Origin: Candidatus Saccharimonadota bacterium
GTDB taxonomy: Bacteria > Patescibacteriota > Saccharimonadia > Saccharimonadales > Saccharimonadaceae
Direction: 5' to 3'
Assembly (NCBI GenBank): GCA_017514765.1
Contig: JAFWIU010000012.1
Coordinates: forward strand, 313 to 64,312
DNA length: 64,000 bases
Both the position numbers and the translations under genes were made by a program. Every line of letters begins with the position of its first letter. Position 1 is the stretch's first letter. A model generated the notes under the pieces. The model searched no databases and was not told the origin of the DNA. It worked only from the letters and a program-made list of their open reading frames with translations. This document shows positions 1 to 7,698 of the stretch, one piece after another.

Positions 1-173
1 TTGCCCGGTAGCTATGTGTGGAAGAGATAAGCGCTGAAAGCATATTAAGCGCGAAGCCCACTCCAAGATAAGGATTCCCAAGGAGACTCCTAATAGATGA
101 TTAGGTTGATAGGCTATAAGTGGAAGTATGGCAACATATGGAGCTGAGTAGTACTAATAGGTCCATCGCCTTT
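1..173 (+). rRNA. rrl: 23S rRNA, 3' terminal part (truncated by window start)
   Basis: Conserved 23S 3' motifs GATAAGCGCTGAAAGCAT-TAAG, GATAGG...GGAAG...GCAAC and GTACTAATAG; followed by 5S rRNA. Exact 3' end approximate. Confidence 0.9.
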
Positions 174-336
174 TTATGTTCTAGGTTTTCGGCAAGACTT
201 TCCAAAGTCGCGGCGGAAACCTAGGAGACTTAGCTAGCAACCGGTGTTTGATTGGTTTCAAACGCCGTGACGCTTTAAAACTTTATCTCACCTTATGGAC
301 ATCAATAGTAATAATTAGCGTCAGTTATTTATTACG

Positions 337-446
337 ATTTGGTGCCCATAGCGCCAGGGAAATACCTGTTATCATTCCGAACACAGAAGTCAAGCCTGGT
401 CGCGCCGATTATACTGCAATTGCGGGAAACTAGGAAGGTGCCAAAT
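337..446 (+). rRNA. rrf: 5S rRNA
   Basis: Terminal helix TTTGGTGCC/GGTGCCAAA, loop C motif ATTCCGAACACAGAAGTCAAGC and GCCGATTATACTG; ~110 nt, downstream of 23S. Confidence 0.9.
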
Positions 447-450
447 TATA

Positions 451-480
451 AAAAACCACTCGTAATACGGGTGGTTTTTT
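451..480 (+). terminator. Intrinsic terminator of the rRNA operon
   Basis: AAAAACCACTCGTA-A-TACGGGTGGTTTTTT hairpin with T-tract directly after 5S. Confidence 0.8.
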
Positions 481-524
481 CTTGTAACTATAATTGTATA
501 ATCCAAGATGAGGAATTGGTTTAA

Positions 525-551
525 AAACTCCGGTATTAATTACCGGAGTTT
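525..551 (-). terminator. Hairpin terminator downstream of ahcY
   Basis: Perfect 11-bp stem AAACTCCGGTA/TACCGGAGTTT about 22 nt past the ahcY stop. Confidence 0.65.
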
Positions 552-573
552 GAAATGTAGGAGGTTTTAGTAC

Positions 574-1815
574 TTAGAGTCCAAGATAGATACGTTGTTC
601 GTTGGTAAGATGGTCGATGGTGACGCCCATGGTCTTAAGCTTAAGGCGTGCAACTTGGTCATCAATTGCTGCCGGAACATTGTACAATTTGTTTTTGAGT
701 TTACCTCGAGTTTTAACGAGATACAGTAAACTGAGTGCCTGCAAGGCAAAACTGGTATCCATGATTTCGGCTGGGTGACCGTTACCGGCGGCGAGATTAA
801 CTAATCTGCCGTTGGCTAATACATTGATAGTCTTATTGTTTGGTAGAATGTATCCCACAATATTATCACGGCGGACGTAAATGTCTGATGACATTTTTTC
901 GAGGTCGTTGAGATTGATTTCGACGTCGAAATGTCCGGAATTGCAAAGTTTAACGTTATGTTTCATTAAAGGAAAGTGTTTGCCCGTAATGACATCTTTG
1001 CAACCGGTGGCGGTGACAAAGAAATCACCTAACGGAGCAGCTTCCTTCATGGTCATAACCTCATAGCCTTCCAATTTGGCTTCAATGGCTTTTACTGGAT
1101 CTATCTCGGTGATGATGACACGAGCACCCATACCACGCATACGTTTCGCAATGCCTCTACCGCAGAAACCATATCCTGCTACTACTACTGTTTTGCTAGC
1201 AATGACGTTGTTGGTAGTACTCATGATGGCATTGATGGTGGATTGTCCAGTCCCATATACATTATCATATAGGTGTTTGCATTTAGCATCATTAATGTTG
1301 ATCATGGGGAATGGTAGCATGCCGAAGCTTTCGTATTTTTTGAGACGAGTAATTCCGGTGGTGGTCTCTTCGCAACCACCTATGATGGACCATTTCTGAC
1401 TTTCGGGTAGATTGTAGTAGGTTTCGAATAGGTCTCCGCCATCATCGATGAAAAGATCTGGCTTCTCGTAGAGCGCGCCATACAAGTGTCTGTGGTATTC
1501 TCTATCGGATATGCCATGAACTGCGAAGACAATGATGCCTAATTTATCTAGTCCTGCTGCAACATCATCTTGTGTGGATAAAGGATTACATCCGGTAGCA
1601 TAAACCTCTGCGCCGAGCTCTTTTAAGAGAAGGGCGAGGCGGGCGGTTTTGGCTTCCATATGGATAGACATGGCAATTTTATAACCGGAAAATGGTTTGC
1701 TTTTACTGAATGTTTTTTCAATTTGTGCTAGTGCATTCATGTGGTCATAGGCCCAATAGATTTTTTTGATGCCGTGGTCGGCTAAAGATTTGTCCTTAAC
1801 GATTGAATACATCAT
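574..1815 (-). CDS. ahcY: Adenosylhomocysteinase (SAH hydrolase)
   Basis: Motifs CNPLSTQDDVAA, DDGGDL, EETTTG, K(C)KHLYDNVYGTGQS, NAD-binding GYGFCGRG, GRLVNL, GHPAEIMD; strong SD AGGAGGTG upstream. Start is 1815 or 1812. Confidence 0.95.
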   Translation of the reverse strand: MMYSIVKDKSLADHGIKKIYWAYDHMNALAQIEKTFSKSKPFSGYKIAMSIHMEAKTARLALLLKELGAEVYATGCNPLSTQDDVAAGLDKLGIIVFAVHGISDREYHRHLYGALYEKPDLFIDDGGDLFETYYNLPESQKWSIIGGCEETTTGITRLKKYESFGMLPFPMININDAKCKHLYDNVYGTGQSTINAIMSTTNNVIASKTVVVAGYGFCGRGIAKRMRGMGARVIITEIDPVKAIEAKLEGYEVMTMKEAAPLGDFFVTATGCKDVITGKHFPLMKHNVKLCNSGHFDVEINLNDLEKMSSDIYVRRDNIVGYILPNNKTINVLANGRLVNLAAGNGHPAEIMDTSFALQALSLLYLVKTRGKLKNKLYNVPAAIDDQVARLKLKTMGVTIDHLTNEQRIYLGL

Positions 1816-1976
1816 TCACCTCCTAAATAAAAGAACTAAGATACTAAGAATCTCCTAGTTATTATTATAACATAAAATATATGGGCAGGAAAGGGTGCTT
1901 CTTGGGGTTCGGATGGGGACGGTTTGTTCTTCGAGCATATAGCTCATTGAATCTAAAAATGTCGATTCTGGTACTC

Positions 1977-2004
1977 TTGACAAAACTAGATTATTTGTTA
2001 GAAT
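1977..2004 (+). promoter_or_regulatory. Sigma70-type promoter of the C1A protease gene
   Basis: TTGACA (1977-1982), 16 nt, TAGAAT (1999-2004). Confidence 0.6.
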
Positions 2005-2043
2005 TGTAAGCATAAAGGTCATTAAACAAATAAGGAAAACAAG

Positions 2044-4068
2044 ATGAGAAATAAATTTAAGATAAAAAAACGGATATTCGGTTTAGTTTCGGTTGGTTTG
2101 ACGGCGGGTGTTTTAATTATTTCTCTAATTGTGTTAGGAAACAATGTTTCTAACACTAGGGCGCTTGAAGAGGGTGAGATGTTCGAGGTTTCTAACTCGA
2201 ATGGTTTATTGCATGATGAGGATGACAATAGAAGCATATATGATTTATATGGGTCGATGGATCATGATGGTGCGGTTGCTGGGGAATCTATCATCCAAGC
2301 TACAGAGAGCCGATATGATAGTAGAGATACAATTACTACCGTGAGGACAAAGGAACAGGGTAAAGAAGGATTATGCTTTTTCTATAGTACGACTACAGTT
2401 TTAGAATATCTTTTAGCAAAAAATGGTATCAATGAGGAGCTATCGCCAAAGATAATGGATTACAGATTTGTTGATGCATCAGAGGCATACAAGGAAAGTG
2501 GGGTAAGAAATATCTATTATGACAAACAAGTTGAGGGATGGTCTAAGGATACCCGCACTTTGGGGGTAGGTGCGCCGTCGCCCTCATATATGTATCTTAT
2601 GATGTTTTCTGATCCGTTAGCATTAGTTTCGGAGTCAGCTATGCTTAATATAATGAAGGAAAATGATAGTAGACTGGGTGCTCTTGGTATTAATAATAGT
2701 TATGACGAGCTGTGGTCTAAGGATTATGAAAGTGTGACTACTAGTGTCGATGGATGGAATGTATATGATACTAAACAATCTTATAGCAAAATTAATAACC
2801 CAGATAATACTGAATATGTTGTTACGGGTCTTAGATTTTTAAAATTTCCAAGATATGGGAGAGATGATGATCCGGATAATCCTCAGTTGAGCAGGGTCGA
2901 TGTGATTCAAAATATTAAAAACGCTATTAAAACTTATGGCGCGGTACAAGCAATTATAAATGTGGATGAATCATCATCGGGACATGGTGGCGCTTTTACT
3001 ATCACGACATGTTCATCCCCTTGGTTAAAAGCAGATGGAGCACAATTTGTCTATATGAACAAGGGAAACGAGCGATGTACAGGAGGTAGCCATGCTATAG
3101 CGTTAGTCGGGTGGGATGATAATATTAGTTATAAGGATCTTGATCTTGGTACTGAGAATAATGAGAGAAAAGGAGGATTTATCGTGCAAAACTCCTATGG
3201 AGATTCGGCTTGGAATTATTATTTGGGCTATGATTCAATACTAAGAATTTTTGTTATTTATGGAATAGAGAGATATGATACTTATGACAATAGGTATGCT
3301 TTACCTGATTATCTGGCACCTGCTGAAACGACAGCTTCGGGACATGTTTACAGCTTTAAGGCTGATGGAAAAGAGCGTATAAGAGCTTTTACTTTTAGTG
3401 AGGCGCCTCTGACTTCTACGCAGTTCGATATATTGGTTAGTTCAGTGGAGACTGGTAACACTTTCAAGAAGGTTAATTCGTCGTCGTTTTCTACTGTATA
3501 CGGTATAAATAAATATGAATTTGAACAAGATGTGATAGTGAGTGGTGATTTTCAAATTAAGTTGTTAAGGACAGGTGGTGATGAGATAGACTTGGGTGAG
3601 CGTTTTTATAATAATGTAATACTATCTACTGATGATGTATCTGACCCAATTCCGGACGATCCGACACCGGACGATCCGACACCAGACGATCCGACACCGG
3701 ACGATCCGACTCCTGACGATCCGACACCAGACGACCCGACTCCTGATGATCCAACGCCAGATGACCCGACACCTGACGATCCGACTCCTGATGATCCAAC
3801 GCCAGATGACCCGACACCTGACGATCCGACTCCCGATGAGCCAACGCCGACTCCAGATGAAGAGGATATCCCAGTACCAAATACAAGTACTGATACGCCA
3901 AAGGGAGTATCGACGCCAAATACTGGTGCGGTAACTAGTAATAGTGAAGGTGGAATTTGGAGTAACTTAGTAATGGTGCCAGTTGTAGTAGTAGTTGGTG
4001 TGATTGTATTTCAAGTATCTATCAAGATATCCAAACATCCAAAATTTGGACATAAGGATTACGAATAA
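2044..4068 (+). CDS. Surface-anchored papain-like (C1A) cysteine protease with Pro/Asp/Thr stalk and C-terminal sorting-like signal
   Basis: N-terminal TM/signal; QGKEGLCFFYS (oxyanion Q, catalytic C), HAIALVGWDD (H), VQNSYG (N); PDDPT repeats; TPNTG, then hydrophobic segment and basic tail. Confidence 0.85.
   Translation: MRNKFKIKKRIFGLVSVGLTAGVLIISLIVLGNNVSNTRALEEGEMFEVSNSNGLLHDEDDNRSIYDLYGSMDHDGAVAGESIIQATESRYDSRDTITTVRTKEQGKEGLCFFYSTTTVLEYLLAKNGINEELSPKIMDYRFVDASEAYKESGVRNIYYDKQVEGWSKDTRTLGVGAPSPSYMYLMMFSDPLALVSESAMLNIMKENDSRLGALGINNSYDELWSKDYESVTTSVDGWNVYDTKQSYSKINNPDNTEYVVTGLRFLKFPRYGRDDDPDNPQLSRVDVIQNIKNAIKTYGAVQAIINVDESSSGHGGAFTITTCSSPWLKADGAQFVYMNKGNERCTGGSHAIALVGWDDNISYKDLDLGTENNERKGGFIVQNSYGDSAWNYYLGYDSILRIFVIYGIERYDTYDNRYALPDYLAPAETTASGHVYSFKADGKERIRAFTFSEAPLTSTQFDILVSSVETGNTFKKVNSSSFSTVYGINKYEFEQDVIVSGDFQIKLLRTGGDEIDLGERFYNNVILSTDDVSDPIPDDPTPDDPTPDDPTPDDPTPDDPTPDDPTPDDPTPDDPTPDDPTPDDPTPDDPTPDDPTPDEPTPTPDEEDIPVPNTSTDTPKGVSTPNTGAVTSNSEGGIWSNLVMVPVVVVVGVIVFQVSIKISKHPKFGHKDYE
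3652..3846 (+). repeat. 15-bp coding tandem repeat: 12x PDDPT plus 1x PDEPT
   Basis: Counted in the DNA; units 7-9 and 10-12 form an exact 45-bp duplication. Confidence 0.95.
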
Positions 4069-4089
4069 AAGATAATAATTCGTTTATCA

Positions 4090-4117
4090 AAAATCCGGCT
4101 GATGATAGCCGGATTTT
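4090..4117. terminator. Bidirectional terminator between convergent protease gene and nusA
   Basis: AAAATCCGGCT-GATGAT-AGCCGGATTTT. Confidence 0.75.
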
Positions 4118-4128
4118 GAGTTGGATGT

Positions 4129-5241
4129 TTATTCTTCTTCGCTGGTTTCTTCGAGAGCAGAGAGGAGAGAATCCTCGACGTTTTGTTTCTTTTTCTTCTT
4201 AGTAGTGGTTTGAAGGACGATGTCGATGTCGTAGCCAGTGAGTTTGCTGGCGAGACGGACGTTTTGGCCTTGCTTGCCGATAGCGATGGACTGCTGATCT
4301 TCGGAAACGTGGACTTTGGCTTTCTTGCCATCGATATCAACTTTCATGATTTCGGCGGGACTGAGGGCTTCACGGATATATTCGGAAGCGTTGTCGCTCC
4401 AGTTGATGACATCGATTTTCTCGCGGTCACCAATTTCGTTCATGACGGCGCCGACACGGATACCGCGTCCACCGACGAAAGTACCGACTGGATCGATGCC
4501 GGGTACGGTTGAGGTGACGGCGATTTTGGTGCGGCGTCCGGCTTCACGGGCAATGCCTTTGATTTCAACGGTGCCATTGATGAGTTCAGGAACTTCTTGT
4601 TTGAAGAGGGCTTCGACGAATTCTGCGCTGCCACGCGAGAGGAGCAGATTGGAACCGCGGTCGGTGCGTTCGATTTTTTTGATGAGGACCTTGATGCGGT
4701 TACCTATGGTGTAGTATTCGCCGTCGATTTGTTCGCTTCTAGGCATGATGCCGGTGGCACGACCGAGATCGACGCGGACGAGTCGCTGCTCGACGCGGGC
4801 GACGGTGCCGGTGACGATAGTGCCGATTTTGTCTTCAAAGGCGGCAAGAACGGCATCGTTTTCAGCTTCGCGAAGGCGTTGGACGACGACCTGTTTGGCA
4901 GTTTGAGCGGCAACGCGGCCGAAATCTTTGACAACATACTTTTCTTCAATGGTGTCACCGACTTGAGTCTTCTTGTCTTTGACTTGGTCAAGTGGGATTT
5001 CGGTCGAAGGGTTGTAAGCGACGCCTTCTTCGACGACCTCGCGCGAAACGAAGACATCGGCTTCACCAGTCTTGGTGTTAAGGATGGCACGGACGTTCAT
5101 GTCGCGGTCGCCGTTGTCTTTGCGCCAAGCGGCAGCGATAGCCTGTTCGATAACATTTAAAACAGTCTCTTTGGGCAGACCTTTCTCTTCTGCGATAATG
5201 TCGACCATGGCGGACATTTGCTTCAAATCTAGATTTTCCAT
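4129..5241 (-). CDS. nusA: Transcription termination/antitermination factor NusA
   Basis: FGRVAAQTAKQV, S1 domain, AREAGRRTKIAV, DPVGTFVGGRG, AIGKQGQNVRLASKLTG (KH domains). Confidence 0.97.
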   Translation of the reverse strand: MENLDLKQMSAMVDIIAEEKGLPKETVLNVIEQAIAAAWRKDNGDRDMNVRAILNTKTGEADVFVSREVVEEGVAYNPSTEIPLDQVKDKKTQVGDTIEEKYVVKDFGRVAAQTAKQVVVQRLREAENDAVLAAFEDKIGTIVTGTVARVEQRLVRVDLGRATGIMPRSEQIDGEYYTIGNRIKVLIKKIERTDRGSNLLLSRGSAEFVEALFKQEVPELINGTVEIKGIAREAGRRTKIAVTSTVPGIDPVGTFVGGRGIRVGAVMNEIGDREKIDVINWSDNASEYIREALSPAEIMKVDIDGKKAKVHVSEDQQSIAIGKQGQNVRLASKLTGYDIDIVLQTTTKKKKKQNVEDSLLSALEETSEEE

Positions 5242-5385
5242 TTTACTCCTTTCACTAAAAAACCGCCTCTATTGCAAGAGTCGGTCGTAATCTGTATGTA
5301 TCTATTATAACAAACGTGTTGCATTTTGGCAAGCTTTTTGGTATAATAGGGGTAATAATTAGTTACTTGTAATAAAAAGGAAAAT

Positions 5386-7602
5386 ATGAATATAAGTGAA
5401 GAACAGAGGCGTGCCCGGCTCTTAAAATCGCGGGCAGAGAGACTGCCGGGAATTAAGAAACAGTTTGAAGAAGCCCAGGGAAAGAAGACACAGAATAGTG
5501 GCCTCACTACAGGGGTTGATGAATTTGAGGCGGCGCAGAGTCGGAATTTTAACTCAAATTTTAAGCCTGGAGGCAAGGATGCAGGATTAGTGGTGTCTAA
5601 GGGTGCTAGCGCTAAAAAGGCTGGAAAAGCGGCAAAAAATGGCTCTAGCAGCAAAAAAGCTGCTAAGGCGGTCAAAAATCCGCCTAAATCTGCCAAAAAG
5701 CTAGAGGCCGAGAAGCGCAAAGTGAACCTTTCGGTATCGGCGAAGAAGGGCGATATGGTGCACCATCAGAGGATGCTATCTCAAGATGTAAATGCACAGG
5801 CGACGCAGCATATTATTGGGATTCCGGTCAATAAGTCTCGTTACAATGGTTATAATGGGAATCAGATAACAAATACGCAACTTAAGCAGATGCGACCAGA
5901 TTCAGAAGCGGTGCGGATTATTCCAATTGGGGGTGTAGGGGAATTTGGAATCGGCAAGAATATGACGATTCTAGAGTATAAAAACGAGATGATTGTGGTA
6001 GATATGGGTGTATTGTTTGCTGGTGAGGATTATCCAGGGGTAAACTATTTGATACCGGATATTAAGTATCTTGAGGACAATATTTCTAAAGTAAAGGCAA
6101 TACTGTTTACACATGCGCACTTGGATCATATCGGGGCGTGCCGGCATCTGTTGCCGAAGTTTTCGCAGTTGACGCCGATTTATGGAACGGATTTTACGAT
6201 TGGGATGATTAAAAAACAGATGTCGGAGCTTGAAGAAGCACCAGATATGAATTATATTGCGGTGGATCCATTTAAACATGAGAAGATTAAGGTGGGGGAG
6301 TATTTTTCGGTGGAGTTTATCCATACTCTGCATTCGATTCCAGGAAATACGGCGATAGTGATTAGGACGCCGAACGGAGTGATTTACATGTCGGGGGACT
6401 GGCGACACGAGGAGCGTCCGATGGGGATTCAGACGGATTATGAGCGGATTGATGAGATTGTGGCGAAAGAGGGGATTGATTTGTTAATGAACGAGTCGAC
6501 TAATATTGATTCGCCGGGGAAGCACCCGCATTCGGAATATGATGTGGGGGAGAATTTGGGTAAGGTGATGGATCACTATGCGAATGGGCGCGTGATTATT
6601 TCGTGTTTTTCGTCTCAGATTTCGAGGATTGAATTAGTGCTAAAGGAAGCGGCGGCGCGTGGGCGTAAAGTAGCGTTTTCGGGATTTTCGATGATTAATA
6701 ACGTAGAGGTGGCACTTAGGGCGAAATCGATTAAGGTACCGAAAGATACGATTGTGAAGATGGAGGATATTATCAAACTGCCGGACGATAAGGTATGTAT
6801 AGTATGTACTGGTTCGCAAGGTGAGTTAAATGCGGTGCTCAATCGAATGGTAACTGGCGCGCATAAGTATATCAAGATTAAATCGACCGATACGATTGTG
6901 TTTAGCTCTAATCCGATTCCTGGGAACGAGCCACATGTGGTGTCAACGGTGGACGGTTTGTTGCGTGAGGGCGCACAGGTGATCCAAAATGGCAAGACGC
7001 ATTTAACTAATATTGGACCGTTGCATTTGTCAGGTCACGCGTATTTTGAAGACCATGTGGAATTTGTGACTAGGTTGGCGCCTAAGAATTATTTGCCTTA
7101 TCACGGTGAATTTTATATGTTGGAGCATAATGCGGAGATGGCGGAAAATGTGATTGGTTTGCCGCGTGATCGAATTTTGGTATCGGATGATGGTGATATT
7201 GTGGAATTGATGCCTGATAAGACGATTCGGAAGGCTGGGCGGATTCATGTGGGTAATCAGTTGTATGATGATGCAGACCAGCCGGTGCATGAGGCGGTGG
7301 TGAAGGATCGGATTCATATTTCTAGGGAAGGGATTTTCGTGATTGTATTAACTTTGTCTAAGAAAACTGGGCATTTGATGAAGACGCCAGATATTGTGTC
7401 ACGGGCGTTTATCTACTTGGATAATTCGGAGGAGCTGATTGGCAAAATTCGGCATTATTTGCGTCAGAAGACGGATAAATCGATTGCAACTGATCCGGAG
7501 ATGAAGGTATTAAAAGAAGAAATTAAAGAAGATATTACGCATATTTTGTTTGATGCGACGGGGCATACACCGATTGTGATACCAGTCATAAACAAAGTAT
7601 AA
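5386..7602 (+). CDS. rnj: Ribonuclease J with long basic N-terminal extension
   Basis: IPIGGVGEFGIGKNM, THAHLDHIG, HTLHSIP, TGSQGE, HLSGHA, PYHGE; ~170 extra Lys/Ala-rich N-terminal residues. Confidence 0.95.
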   Translation: MNISEEQRRARLLKSRAERLPGIKKQFEEAQGKKTQNSGLTTGVDEFEAAQSRNFNSNFKPGGKDAGLVVSKGASAKKAGKAAKNGSSSKKAAKAVKNPPKSAKKLEAEKRKVNLSVSAKKGDMVHHQRMLSQDVNAQATQHIIGIPVNKSRYNGYNGNQITNTQLKQMRPDSEAVRIIPIGGVGEFGIGKNMTILEYKNEMIVVDMGVLFAGEDYPGVNYLIPDIKYLEDNISKVKAILFTHAHLDHIGACRHLLPKFSQLTPIYGTDFTIGMIKKQMSELEEAPDMNYIAVDPFKHEKIKVGEYFSVEFIHTLHSIPGNTAIVIRTPNGVIYMSGDWRHEERPMGIQTDYERIDEIVAKEGIDLLMNESTNIDSPGKHPHSEYDVGENLGKVMDHYANGRVIISCFSSQISRIELVLKEAAARGRKVAFSGFSMINNVEVALRAKSIKVPKDTIVKMEDIIKLPDDKVCIVCTGSQGELNAVLNRMVTGAHKYIKIKSTDTIVFSSNPIPGNEPHVVSTVDGLLREGAQVIQNGKTHLTNIGPLHLSGHAYFEDHVEFVTRLAPKNYLPYHGEFYMLEHNAEMAENVIGLPRDRILVSDDGDIVELMPDKTIRKAGRIHVGNQLYDDADQPVHEAVVKDRIHISREGIFVIVLTLSKKTGHLMKTPDIVSRAFIYLDNSEELIGKIRHYLRQKTDKSIATDPEMKVLKEEIKEDITHILFDATGHTPIVIPVINKV

Positions 7603-7698
7603 AAAACGCGTTTGTGATTTTGGTGACCAATAAAGTAAAAAAGTATATTTACAAAACTTATGCTTGACTATATAATGAGAGCATAAGGAGAGTGGAGT

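Noticed and set aside
181-280. tRNA or novel ncRNA in the 23S-5S spacer
   Set aside because: Hairpins are present (CTAGGTTT/AAACCTAG; GGTGTTTGA/TCAAACGCC) but no cloverleaf; most simply rRNA processing stems.
1816-1960. SAH or SAM riboswitch upstream of ahcY
   Set aside because: The predicted -10 box leaves only a ~45-nt AT-rich leader with no recognisable aptamer.
3652-3846. CRISPR array
   Set aside because: Contiguous 15-bp coding repeats with synonymous variation and no spacers; no cas genes in the window.
4183-5160. Long antisense ORFs over nusA (also over pcrA 26096-26812, murA 28416-28901, pyk, galU, FISUMP gene)
   Set aside because: Shadow frames of real genes caused by codon bias; no motifs or translation signals.
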